Positions 12,778 to 25,815 of a stretch of 64,000 bases of DNA are shown piece after piece. The notes under the pieces are model-generated. The model was given only the letters and a program-made list of their open reading frames with translations. It had not been told where the DNA came from and did no database searches. The translations under genes were made by a program, and so were the position numbers. Source of the DNA: Magallana gigas (lineage: Eukaryota); the NCBI RefSeq assembly GCF_963853765.1, contig NC_088860.1, positions 50,468,001-50,532,000 of the forward strand. The letters are read 5' to 3'. Position 1 is the first letter of the stretch. Each line of letters starts with the position of its first letter.

Positions 12778-12826
12778 CATGTATCACAATATTCATGTAT
12801 CACAATATTCATGTATCACAATATTC
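12778..12826. repeat. 16-bp tandem repeat x3 (catgtatcacaatatt)
   Basis: Direct reading. Confidence 0.85.
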
Positions 12827-13183
12827 AACAACATTATACAATAAAAATTAATTGTCAAATAGATGTATATCAAACAAGGAATATTCAGTACATTTATGAT
12901 AAATGTTGAACGTTAAATCATCTTCATAAAATCATTTAAATTTGAAGTGAGAGAAATGACTCGATTGCCAAAACAATTGAACTCGCTCATAGTTTCCTTG
13001 ATTGCATTAAAACAAAAAGAAGAAATAACCAAACGACTCTCTAATCCGGAAATCGGATCCCACTCTGTAAAATTGCCAGTACCAAAATTCCCCGAGAACG
13101 AGTCTATTCCCCGAGGCGAAAAAAGGAAAATTAATGGTTATAAAATAAAGTATGATACCGGAACTCTGTAATGCATCATTTCC

Positions 13184-14227
13184 CTAAGGATTTTCTGTTG
13201 TAAGTGAACACATAGCCCTGACCTCCTTCCGAAACTTTAAATCCAGCACGAAATATACAACAGGATTGAGCACTCCATTAACTGCGACAATGTCAACCAT
13301 GATGTATTCGTTGAGTAAGTCTTCGGCCAAGGACATTTGGTCGAAAGGCGTGTAAAAACCTTGGTAAGCGTTATAGGTCTGGAATGTCGTGAGGGTAAGA
13401 AAACTAATTACCATAAGAAAGGTGATGACAGCCAATGCAATGGCAATCTCTCTGTTCCTGACCGAAATATCCTGTCGGAAATTTTGCGGTGTCCTGCCAA
13501 GATTGTTCGAACGATCCGGTTTGTCTAGAACCTTTCTCATCTGATTTCGAAAATTAGCATGCTGTATCAGCGATTGTATGATGTGGTACTGCATGATACC
13601 AATGGACAAAATTAAAACTAAAATGACTACAAAATATAGTCCATAGAAAATGAGAGGGTAGAGGGCTATTTGATATTCATTTGAAATGCCACATCTTGTG
13701 GCCGTGATATTTATTTCGGGAATTACATAAGTCTGTCGTCCTATTATAAATATGGAAGGTGAATTAAATATGAATCCAAAGATGAATGTTAGCACACCAA
13801 TTGTCTTTGACTGTGAGTTTGTCATCTGCCAGTGAATAGGCGCACAAATCTTTCGATATCTATCGATGCCCAGAGCAAGAATAATAAATACGCTGGCTAG
13901 ACCATTGGTATAGGATATATATCGGGTTACTTTGCAAATATAAAGATGGAAGGACACAACCTGGTTGAACACGAATACAATTCTCTCAAAACATCTCACA
14001 ACGAACGCAATTGAAGAAAACAAATCGGATATACCCAATAAGGTTGCTAGAAAACGATAAGGAGATGGTTCACCATACCTATTCTGGAACACCTTTATCA
14101 CCAATATGTTTCCAACAATGCCAAAACTGTAGAGAAGCAGTAAAGCGACATGAAACGGTGTTTGCTCCCATCTTCCATTAACGTTAACATCGTAAAAAAT
14201 AGTAGAAGCTGGTATCTCGTACTCCAT
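13184..14227 (-). CDS. Intronless rhodopsin-class (class A) GPCR, 347 aa, orphan
   Basis: Seven hydrophobic segments; TM1 GN, TM2 ISD, TM3 C...DRYRKIC, ECL2 Cys, TM7 NPVVY, helix-8 KFRKEV. Ligand class cannot be assigned from sequence. Confidence 0.92.
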   Translation of the reverse strand: MEYEIPASTIFYDVNVNGRWEQTPFHVALLLLYSFGIVGNILVIKVFQNRYGEPSPYRFLATLLGISDLFSSIAFVVRCFERIVFVFNQVVSFHLYICKVTRYISYTNGLASVFIILALGIDRYRKICAPIHWQMTNSQSKTIGVLTFIFGFIFNSPSIFIIGRQTYVIPEINITATRCGISNEYQIALYPLIFYGLYFVVILVLILSIGIMQYHIIQSLIQHANFRNQMRKVLDKPDRSNNLGRTPQNFRQDISVRNREIAIALAVITFLMVISFLTLTTFQTYNAYQGFYTPFDQMSLAEDLLNEYIMVDIVAVNGVLNPVVYFVLDLKFRKEVRAMCSLTTENP

Positions 14228-14867
14228 CCTCGATGATATGTTGGTTTTTGTTTAAAATTGAATGCCTATTCTCTAAACTGTCGTCGTTTGTACCGTATAT
14301 CCCTTTCTCTGTTTAATTTGCTCTCTTTACTGCTCCGTTTATTAGTGCCAAAGGTAATGGAATAAATTCACCTAATCGCTGCATACCTATGATTTTATTT
14401 ATCGGTAATTATAACCGTCTTGCTCTTATTGGTGTTACTTACAGTTTACATTTCTTGCTCTCATAGATATTCAACAGAATGTAATGTCAGTCAACAAACT
14501 GATACATTTTGAACGACACCGCTATAAGTTCAGGTTGCTGTTAATAACAGTATCAAGTAGAGATTCAACGTTGTCACGAATTCTTGGTTGGACACAGGTT
14601 TATTGCTTTTCATTCTGTAATGAAAAAGATGTGCCATTAAAAGTCAGTTCCGCATATTTAAATGACTGTATTTTTTTGAGTTATTTTTCAGTCGCAAATG
14701 CATGCGTAAATAAAGTCCACACTCTCAGCTAATTTTATACCATTGAGAAGTTTACAATTTCAGTAAAAGGTATACATTAACAATATTCAATTTCAGGCAG
14801 TGTTCCAAAATTTGTGTTTTTTTAATTCAACATCTAAATTAACTATAAATTAACTTTATTACAGATG

Positions 14868-15183
14868 TTTGATCCACCTCTATATTTATCGCGGGAAATA
14901 TAGCGCGAGAGCACTGTGACGTCATGTATGACTTTTATCGTCTTTGTTTACGTATCTCGACTCCATACGAAGGTATCGAAGCATGTAACAAATCTCTTGT
15001 GTCTCGCCAAACAAAATGCGGTAGGCTCTTCAAACCTTAAGACACCGTACATTACGAGTTTTAAAAAATTTGGCCATTTTTGGCATAACACCACCGGTGA
15101 GAACATTAGAGAGCATTATGGGACGTACACAAACAAATTTGTTTGATGAACTGTAGGTGTAGCTCGTTCTTTAGCTCGCTATA
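14868..15183 (+). mobile_element. Non-autonomous Helitron-like element, related to 40630-41081
   Basis: Shared start tgatccacct.ta.at.tatcgcgggaaat...gcgaga...tgtgacgtcat and shared end gctcg...gctcgctat. Class is inferred. Confidence 0.5.
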
Positions 15184-15920
15184 ACAAAATTAAGGAGAAA
15201 AACTTTTTTTGTTTCTTGACTTCTTGGCAAAGAATCAATACAAGTAGTAAATTTAACTAGCTTATCGATTTAGAAGTTTAAGAACACACTACTAAACCGC
15301 AGTTTCCCAGAAAAGCACAATAGCTAGCTACAAACAGGTTTTCATTCAAAAGCAGTTTGTTTCTGTTGTATGTGATAGTCACTGATGTTTGTTGAAAAAA
15401 AGGCCTAATAAAAATACGTTTTTACGACTTTAAAAAAGCCTAAAATTTTCGGAACATGTAAGCAAAGCATAACAGTTTTTTTTTTCAAAAAGTATAAGGA
15501 TGGTGTTGATAACAGATATGATACCTTTAGGGTGACGAATAAGGGTTTGTGATGTCCAGTTCGAAATATTTGAAATTTTAGATTCTTTAAATCACACGAA
15601 ATGCGAACTTTATATATCAACATGTTTCTGTATCATTTTTGTAGGAAAATATGCATTTCCAAAGGTGAATTGATATCAAAAGATAATAAATTCAGATTAA
15701 CTATCTTACTGTGTATACATGTGTTTTGTACATGTTGCATTTAATTTAATTACCGTTTTATTTGTACAAGCTTATGTATTGTGAAGGCAAACTGATCCGA
15801 TGATGCACGAAATATTAGACAGCTAAAAATTTAGATAGTCATTTAACAAGAAACTATTTTTTTCTACCCTATATATTTTGATAAAATTCCGTAGAGGTAG
15901 TCTTCCTTCTAACTCAATAA

Positions 15921-16916
15921 TTTTTATACCCCCGCTCCGAAGGAGAGGGGGTATACTGTTTTACCCTTGTGTGTCTGTCTGTCTGTCCGTCCGTCTGTCT
16001 GTCTGTCTGTCCGTCTGTCTGTCCGTCTGTCTGTCCGTCCATAACAAAAATTTCTGTCGCATTTTTCTCAGCAACTATTTATCGCAGATGCTTGAAATTT
16101 TAACACAGTGTTTGTTAAGGCATGCCATATCGTGGGATATATTTTTGTACCAATCGGACGTCAACTTCCTGTTAAATGACGACTTTGCTTATTTTTTAAC
16201 CGAAATTTTCAAACAAATTTTCGTCAAAGATTTCTCAGCAACTGTTTATCGCAGATGCTTGAAATTTTTACACAGTATTTGTATAGGCATGCCATATCGT
16301 GGGATGTATTTTTGTACCAATCAGACGTCAACTTCCTGTTAAATGACGACTTTGTTTATTTTTAGCAAACATTTTCAAACAAATTTCCGTCAAAGATTTC
16401 TCAGCAACTGTTTATCGCAGATGCTTGAAATTTTTACACAGTATTTGTATAGGCATGCCATATCGTGGGATGTATTTTTGTACCAATCAGACGTCAACTT
16501 CCTGTCAAATGACGACTTTGTTGATTTTTTGCCAAAATTTTCAAACAAATTTCTGTCAAAGAATTCTCAGCAACTATTTATCGCAGATGCTTGAAATTTT
16601 AACACATTATTTGTTTAGGCATGCCATATTGTGGGATATATTTTTGTATTAATCGGATGTCAACTTCCTGTTAAACGACGACTTTGTTTTTTTTAGCCAA
16701 AATTTTCAAACAAATTTTCGTTAAAGATTTCTCAGCAGCTATTTATCGCAGATGCTTGAAATTTTAACACACTATTTGTTTAGGCATGCCATATTGTGGG
16801 ATATATTTCTGTACCAATCGGATGCCAGCTTTCTGTTAATTGTCGACTTTGCTTATTTTGCATATTCACATCAGAGCGGGGGTATCACTAGTGAGCATTG
16901 GCTCACAGATATCTTG
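15921..16916 (+). mobile_element. HINE / Helentron-type non-autonomous element carrying a ~166-bp tandem array
   Basis: 12-bp subterminal IRs atacccccgctc (15926-15937) and gagcgggggtat (16874-16885); internal IR gggggtata; (GTCT/GTCC)n at ~15971-16040; ~4.8 central units with periods 167/166/166/165; 3' stem-loop gtgagc-attg-gctcac; T-rich flanks. Confidence 0.88.
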
Positions 16917-19900
16917 TTTTTATCAAAAATGTATATCTACATATTTACCTTCCTGATTTCTTCGGGGTTCTTCTCGAAAATAAACAATTTTTGCTGTGGA
17001 ATCTAACAGGAGTTTGTTAAAAAAAAAGAAGCTAATTTTTTTACATTTTCTCCATATTTTTTTTTTGTTTTGTTATTCTGCCCTAGATGCATCTTATTTT
17101 TTAAACCGATGATTAGAAGAAGATTTTAAAATGTCACCAAGTAATGAAGTTTAAAACATGTTTTCCTCAAGGTTCTGTCCAGGGATAACAAAAAAAAAAG
17201 ACCTCACCCTACCATTTGTATATTGTGTTATATTTAGGCTTTTAAAAATCAATTTTTAACGAAATAACACTTTTAAAATGCTGAGATGTTTCTCTTAAGT
17301 AAGGTCACTCTCATATTGAGCTGTTCTTCCCATAAAAAAACCCAAGTATAATTCATATATAAATGATTTCTTTTCAAAAAAAACTTTGAAGCGTATTGTG
17401 TTAGGGCGTCAACTAATAATCCATAAGTCATGAGTTTGTATCCCGTTGGGGGATTTATTTTTTTTAACTTCTCCAAAAACTATTAAAACATAGTTTTTGG
17501 TCAAATTGTGTTAAATTTTAGAATTCCAGGCCGGTAAAAGTGATTTGATTAGTATGTACTTTTATCCACATTATTATTGACAAGTGTCCTATATCACTTT
17601 TATGCGCTGTCAATAATTTCTTTTTCAAAAAATAGAGAATTATTTTAAAGATCCATCGCCACCTCGAAAAATTAAGAGAATCAAACTTAGGTTTAGTTTA
17701 CAATACCTTGAAGATATGACACTCAAGCGCAGTTTTAGCATTTTACCGTATTAAATTCATAAAATCACTTTTTTCAAACTAAAAAACGTGGAAAAAAGGA
17801 TAAAATAACCTAAGGGTACCATTTAAAAATTCCAAGAAATCCAACTGTCTTATCATTTTTTTGGACGGCAATTCTAATGTATAACCATTGTCGGGATAAT
17901 TTTCAACAACTACAAACCATTCTATGGTGAGCTACGACCCGTAGGATCGTGGTGAACTCCAAACCGTAGGATGGTGGATTCATTTAATGTCACAACAGTT
18001 AAAATCACACATAAAAATATCACAATGCAGCATTACTTTCTGAAAAAATGAAACATTTTCAAAACCTTTTTCTCTGTACATTTTTCTTAGTATTATATAA
18101 TATGATCTTAATAGTTTAATAGTTTCGTAACCTATTTTTAAAGTTTGGATAAAATTGGCTAAGTGGTTCTTAAAGAGAAGTTTGAATAGTTGACATATTC
18201 AATAACCAATTCCATAAAATATTCTTGTTACCTTTTTAAAGATCATTTTATATCAGAATTCATTTTCCAAGCTACTATGAGATGGTACATTAAACATTGT
18301 TTTATTCATACAATTAAAAAAAAAACATTTATAAAGTAAAAAAAAACTTGTTTAAATTCATTGTACACAGATGAAAATTTAACTGTAATATCGGTAGATT
18401 TGGAAATAAGTGTTCAGTTTGTTTGTATACCATACACCCCTTAAACACAGTGCACGCCAGATCGACCAACTCGCTACCATATTTTCATTGCTATCAAACT
18501 TTAAAATTACTTGGAAGATTACATTTTTATATGCTTTTTGAAAAATTCCTTTATCACATTCATTTCTATATGGTGAGCATAAAATAAAGTTCACTCGACT
18601 CCTTTAATAATTTAAAAAAAAAACTAAAACAAATAAAACCAAATAAAATTGGTTACATAGAAATGGGCAATCGTAAAAGTACAAGTAGTATTTGATGTTC
18701 TGGGGTTGAATAATATCATTTGGAAAATCAGCAAAAAATTACAATGACGTTATGGTATTTTTATGAAGGTTTTCAAATTAGAACAGTCGTTAGATTTCAA
18801 ATTGATAATGTTCTATTTTGCGAATACAATAAATGCATATACCAAAAGCTTTTTAAAAAGCATTTAATATCAAAATCAAATGGTCTTATTCCAATGCTGA
18901 TATTATTTAAAAAATAGTGGTTATTCAATGCCAACAAAACGATATCGTATAAAAAGCGCATGGGTACCGGTAAAGGATTTTTGTTTTTGCTTGCATTAAA
19001 AAAAAAACATTTTATATAATTTTCAATACAGCATCAGCATTTGATTTTTAATTTATGTACATGTATCATTACAAATAGAAAGAAAGAAATAGAAAGAGAT
19101 AAAGATATGGAAGAGGGAAGGTAAAACAAACATTAAACTGTCATTTTGTGTGGTTGTGTAAGTATGCATCCTGATGTGCTTAAATTAAACAAAAGAACAC
19201 CTTTTAAATTTATTTTACAAAATTTTTAATAACAAATGAAATAAGAATTTAACATGAAATTCAACAAAAAAAATTATATACAAATGAAAAAATGAATGAA
19301 GTATAAGTTTATTTGTCGAAACCCGGTTCCGTCGCACGTCGTTGAAAAGAACCCTCGGGTGTTCCCGTGGTTTTGACGACCCCTCAGGTGGGCCCATGGT
19401 TTTGAAGAACACCCAGGTACATGTATATTCGGTAACAGTCAGAACTAAGTTGTTTTTGTAGAAATATAACATCGTGCACGGGTCTACTGAGGCTGCATCA
19501 AACGAAGGGTTTTTGGTAATGTAAATGATCTCTGGCCTGGTTAACGCTGTTGGCATTTTCTTTCAAAAGACTCAATATGCAGAATAAAAGTTTTTTAATG
19601 ACATGAATTATATGATCATAAATATAAAACTTACACAATGTTAAGTTATAAAATATATCTGCATTGACGATAAAAAAACTTGTAAAACTGCGAGTATCAC
19701 AGTCAGGTATAAACTTAAGTATTTTTTTTAGAAAGGACCGCCGTAGTTCACTCACTTACTGTAAAACAGTGGTCTCTGTAAAATATCCAATGAAAATTGA
19801 AACGGCTACTCATCAATACTGGTGCCAGACATAATTCAGGACCCAAGAAACCTCCTTCCCTGACAACTATTGACGTTCTGTAGGGACAACAAATTAAACA

Positions 19901-21823
19901 GCAAAACAAGACAAAAAAGACCCTGATAAAAAATTAACAAAAGAAAAACATATTACCGAAAAAGTATTCAAACGCATGCTGTTCAAAGCGTACAAAATTT
20001 GGTTTTTACATACCTGATGTTTTTCCGAAGACAGGGCCCTGATAGCACTAAACGAGATGATGACCAAGTCTATCGGCTGGTGTTCCCGGGTACTATACCG
20101 TGCATACTTTTACCTGACTATTAAAGGTATAAATGTGTGGCTACCCACAGGATTGATATGGGATTGATATGGGAACCAAGGGTTAAAGGATGAAAACAAG
20201 GGGCTCTCCAAAGGATTGTTAGGTATAAACTGGAAGGGTAAACTAGGGAAATTAATAATTTTAGCAACAACACAAACATTTCAGTTTGTTACACATCTGT
20301 GTACTAAACAAAAAATGCACAAACATTCGTCTATTCATTACATTGTAATTTAGAACATTTATATTTGTCAATGACGTCTTTAAAAGCTTTCTGAATCTTA
20401 ATTAATGATAAAGTGTATTTTAGAACTTACTTGAGTTTAATGCATGACAATAACGATGAACATTTATACAACTGTTTCATAATCAAAAGATTAGAAAATA
20501 TGATTGCACATCTTATACTTAGGTTTCTCCACCCTTAAAGTTTTTATGGTTAAATCCGTGTTATATTTGTTGTTATCTGAAGATTAATATGTAAACATTC
20601 AAATTGAACTTAAATATTGGTATAAAATAAAGTATTTTTTAAAAGAAATTACTCGCAATCATTTATCTCATGTATTTTAACATTTAAAGCCCATTTAAAC
20701 TGGCCAGTATGAAAGCTATCACATTTAGAGTGAACTTTGATGCAATTTTTTAACCATGAATAGTACAGTTTAGCAACATAAAATGTCTGTAACTTTTGAA
20801 ATAATGGTGAAACTCACTAAATATTGGTACATTTGTAACTCATTATATCTCCTATCGAAATCTGCAAAGAAATGTTTACCTTGCCAGGTAAAAAATTATG
20901 AATTGTAGTCTCTGTCAACTTTTCCTATGTACGGTTTTATCAGTTTTTCATTGAATTCAGCGATTTCAACTCAAACAACTCTCGATAAATTGTTGAAATT
21001 TAGTGTCATTTCACTTTACATGGCTTAAAATGTGTAAAATATATGCTAAATAAAAAAAAAATATTGGCAAAACCATGCATCACATAACTCTTATATTATA
21101 ACCGATAACGGTAAAATGCTCCCAATGACGCCATGCGACAATCGAGGGACCTTAAATGTACAATTATAGTCCGTCCAAAGATATTTTTGCCGCATAGTTT
21201 TTTTAAATATTGTCAAATTTCAGTACATGGCTGAAAATAGAAAGTTTTCGGGGATTTTGCATTGCATCAGCCATTATTAAGCCCGGATGATAACGATGAA
21301 AAATTGTGCGAGATATTCCGAGTGACTTCCGAATGGAGAAAAGATGTCAAGATTCCTAATTTAAGTCTCCGTAGGAAATCTGTTTTCGTTCCTGTGAAAT
21401 TTTACGTGGAAAAATGATAATGTGTGAATGCAGTTATCTTGAAAATTTTCCCTATCATCGATTTCAATTGCACTTTCAAAGATACAGTGCCGATCAGACC
21501 CAACCTAACAGAAAGTAAACCCCAACTAAACACTTGGTTTACTTTATGGGTTTACTCTGGGTTTACTAGAGTGGACCCAGAGTAAACCCAGAGTTGACAC
21601 AGAGAGTAAACCCCGATCAGTAGTATACCCTGAAAGCAGACGCTACATGTGTATTCGGAATATACAAGGTGCAGGAATCAAAGGCAGTAGGATGATAACC
21701 TTAAAGATAAAATACAGGTCTGCTTCACACTTACAAAACACATGACATATAAAACTTATACTATATGTTTATATCTTTAAAAATTATAATTCAGATCAGC
21801 TAGTGGGTAATATCTATGACCTA

Positions 21824-22864
21824 TTACACATTTCCTGTAGTCAGTGAACAAATAGCCTTGACCTCCCTCCGAAATTTCAAATCCAGCACGAAATATACAA
21901 CAGGATTAAGCACTCCGTTAACTGCGAAAATGTCAACCATGATGTATTCGTTCACCAAGTCATCAGTCAAGGACATTTGGTTAAAAGGCGTAGTATAAAC
22001 CTTTGTAGGCGTTATAGGTCTGGTATATCGTAAGGGTCAAAAAGCTAATAATCATAAGAAGAGTGATAGCGGCCAAAGCAATGGCGATCTCTCTTCTCCT
22101 GGCCGAAATATCCTGTCGGGGATTTGGCAGAGTCCCAGCAACATTATTTGAGCGATCCGGTTTATCTGTACCATTTCTCATCTGCTTTTGAAATTTAGCA
22201 TGCTGTATCAGCGATTGTATGATGTTGTATGATGTGGTACTGCATGACACCAATGGACGATATTACAACCAAAATAACAACGACATACAGTCCATAACAT
22301 ATAAGAGGATAAATGGTGGTTTCAAGTTCGTCTTGTGGCAGTGATATTTATTTCTGGTATGAAATAGGCCTGTCGTCCAAAAATAACCATTCCAGGAGAA
22401 TTAAACAAAAAGCCAAAGAAAAACGACATCAGGCCAGTGATTTTCGACTGGGTGTACGTCATCTGCCAGTGAAGAGGGACACAAAGTTTTCTGTACCTAT
22501 CGATACCTAAAGCAAGAATCAAAAATACGCTGGCTTGACCGTTAGAAAAGCAAACGAAGCGAGTGAGTTTACATACGTTAATGTGATAGGATCCGACTTG
22601 ATTGAATACAAAAACAGTTCTTTCGATACATCTTCCAAAGAACCCAAAAGAAGAAAACATGTCGGAAAATGCCAGGAAGGTTACGAGTGAACGATATGGT
22701 GAGGGTACCGAATATCGCTTCCGGAACACCATAAAGACTAGTATGTTTCCGACAAAACCATAACTGTACAGAGCGAGAAACACGCCGTTAAATGGTGCTT
22801 GGTTCCGTCTTCCATTAATGTTATAATCATCTAAAATGGTGTCTGCAGATTTCGGCCACCCCAT
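21824..22864 (-). pseudogene. Frameshifted tandem paralog of the 13184-14227 GPCR
   Basis: Colinear homology from ATG to stop. 14-bp deletion at 22330/22331, 10-bp duplication at 22215-22234, 1-bp insertion at 21992; premature TGA at 22322. Confidence 0.92.
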
Positions 22865-23049
22865 CCTTAACTAGTTATTCACCCTACAAATTATAATGTC
22901 GTATTAAAGATCTAGATAAACAAAATTGTTTGCACATTCATTCACCGCCAATAGTTATATGATTCTAATTAAGACAATCCTTCTAGAATATTCAATGTCC
23001 GATATATTACATAGTTGCAATGACACAGAATACCTGAAGATAAAAAGTT

Positions 23050-23368
23050 ATATATTAGGCAATATGTACATTTTCCAGTGTCTTTGCCTGTGATAACATT
23101 ACCTATCGAGTTTGTGCTATATAACCCATAACTTCAAATGACGCCAAATTGAGGCGCCAGAGGGATTTGCTTATTTATATTTAATATTAAATCGTACGAT
23201 GACTAAAAATGATATAAATATTAGTATAAAGGAATCATACTTTGAATATTATGAGGTGATAATTTCGGTTGGGGCGTGATCAAATCTATCATAAAGCCCA
23301 TTGGGCTTTACTGGATTTGAAGCCATGACCGAAATGGCTTCCTCATAATACTCAAAGAATGATTCCTT
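23050..23368. mobile_element. Palindrome-ended non-autonomous DNA element (Crypton- or Helitron-like, class unresolved)
   Basis: Imperfect ~70-bp-arm hairpin at 23229-23368 (aaggaatcat...taaagccc-att-gggcttta...atgattcctt). Left boundary approximate. Confidence 0.55.
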
Positions 23369-24019
23369 ATTTCTTAATTAACGTCATGATACATGTATTA
23401 CATTTTTTTCCTATTTGATATTGAAAAACAGTTTTGAATTGTTAAACTAATGACATCATTCACGATATAGGAGATATAATTAACGTTCATTACTGACACC
23501 CAGTTTCCAAACATCTACCCATTTTTTATTCAATTAAGCTAAAATTGTAATGATAACACTAAACATTTTTCAAACTACTCATATGGCCCTTTTACTGCTC
23601 GCGTAAAATCTATACGAGGTTAATGATCAATGATTTGATATTATGATTTTTTTTTTTTTTTTACATTTTGTATCCTTGTTAAATGAGTGCCATAAAATTA
23701 GCTTGAAATAAGTGAGATAAAATCAGCATAAAATAGGCAAAAGTAAATTGTCCAACAAATAAAATCCTAACATTTATTATTATATGTAGTAATAGTGCTG
23801 TTATAATGTTTTATTTGAAAACAAAATCTGAATTTAGCTCAAATTTCCTCTGTTTTGCTATACGTCTATTTTTTGTTTCATCCTAATTTCAAAATATATT
23901 GAAAAACCGAATGTTATGTCAGTAATAAATCATTGAATTAAAACATTTTTTCTGTTGAAAACAGAAATACTCATGACAGTGAACTTTATAACAATCAACC
24001 CCTGCGTAAACAACATCCT

Positions 24020-24022
<3 letters not shown>

Positions 24023-24054
<32 letters not shown>
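24023..24054. repeat. (TC)n microsatellite
   Basis: Direct reading. Confidence 0.95.
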
Positions 24055-24057
<3 letters not shown>

Positions 24058-24214
24058 TTTCCTTCAACTCCAGGAGCAAAGGATAGAGTATATTGTGATT
24101 TTTGAATTTAACAATATTGCCAACCCTTTTGGTGACGTACGTTAAGTTTCGTGTTTCAGTTGTGTCAAAACGGCTTTAGGAAAGAAAAGGAATAAAATAT
24201 CAGTGATCCTTACA

Positions 24215-25630
24215 TGTGTGTCGAAATCATGGAACACATGATACGACAAAATATTAATATTAAAGATATTAAAATAGGAAAAGAAAAAATTTATCAAGTT
24301 TACCCATTTATTTACAGTGTTCCCTAAACCAAACTCTCAGTGGATTTAATAAAAACTATGTATCAATATGAATCATTCTACATCCCCCTTTCTCATAGTC
24401 CAACTGTTAAGTTTTTCTAGCAAGCTGTCTATAAATATATCTGGGGTAATAAAATTGATAAAGTATCTAGAAAAACTTAACAGTTGGACTATGAGAAAGG
24501 GGGATGTAGAATGATTCATATTGATACATACATTAAATCTCTTAAACTTACTTGGATAAAAAGGCTTCACTCCAATTCGGAATAGTCCATATTTTTCAAT
24601 GAAGTAATTAATTGTAACACTGCTCATCTCGTACAATTTGGATCATATTATTCTAAACACAAGGCTAATTCAACATCAAATCCATTTTGGAAAGAAGCTC
24701 TATTTTACTTTGCTGAATTCTTTGATCTATAGAGCCAAAATGTGAACATGATATCTTATTAAGACCTTTATTAAGTTCCTGGCCCAGTATCAGGCAATTT
24801 CCACATGAATTAATAATGAAACCATACCAGTTAGAATCTATAAAAAATATATGTAAAGATAAAAAAGGCTCAAGAACATTTAATGACTTTTTTATTTCAA
24901 AACTACAGCATAGACCAAGATGTGAATCTAAATGGGCTATTAACTTAAATCTTGAACCCGACTGTAATTGGAACCACACATATCGCAACTCTAAATTAAT
25001 CACAAAAGATACGGAGCTGGTATGGTTTAGTTACAGAATAGTTCCTAGAATTTTACGTATAAATAAATTTTTGTATCTTTCTAAGATAAAAAACAATAAC
25101 TTATGTGCAATATATATGTTGGAACCGGAAACTTTTAAGCATTTATTCTACCAATGTCCACAAATCTTGAGTATTTGGACAAATTTGTCAGACTAATTAT
25201 TCAATAGATCTGGCAGGAGAATAATATTTGATATCTAGAGTGTACTTTTAGGTAATCCAGATATGGATCAGTGACATGTAGTTAATTTGATTATTATATT
25301 ATTAGTAAAGAAATATATTTTCTAAAGGTCGAGAAAAGACCTGTTTTGAAATGTTAATATCCTACTTACAAACTAAATTTACAAAGAAAAGGTCACCATG
25401 GAGTTGTCTATTTCCTGTATAAATATTTAATTAACTCATAATGATGATGCAGCTGTTAATCTTCTTTTTCATAAGATAATTTGTACTGTGTGTATCTATA
25501 TATATATATTGGTGTATACCAATACATTGTACCAACTTGCTGTGTGTGCGAGTTTGTGAGAAAGTGGTGTTCTGTCTGTCTGTCTGTATGTCTGTCTGTC
25601 TATCTATATACTATAAAAATAAAAAAAAAA
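24215..25630 (+). mobile_element. L1/Tx1-type LINE 3' fragment, same family as 48404-52165
   Basis: Near-identical stretches to the reverse complement of 50040-50105 and 48404-49260; YIWGNKIDKV, SLKLTWIKR, ETFKHLFYQC; 3' UTR with (GTCT)n and an A-rich tail. Confidence 0.85.
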
Positions 25631-25815
25631 ATATCAGTGCAAATATTTACAACTGAAATTGCATACCGATAGAATCAAATACCTGTTTACTTGCATACAC
25701 GATGAAGTTACACGATGATGACAAATTTCTAATAGTAAACATGGCATACTATTTCCATCACAAAAGTGTACCAGTGGGGTTGTCTCCTTCTCGGTATTAA
25801 AAATGTGATATTTTT

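Noticed and set aside
12415-12780. 121-aa minus-strand ORF
   Set aside because: AT-rich, no motif; consistent with chance.
16063-16860. Regular repeats as a possible CRISPR array
   Set aside because: Whole units repeat with no unique spacers; eukaryotic context; no cas genes.
15878-17006. Several ORFs with repeated peptides
   Set aside because: Translations of the HINE microsatellite and 166-bp array.
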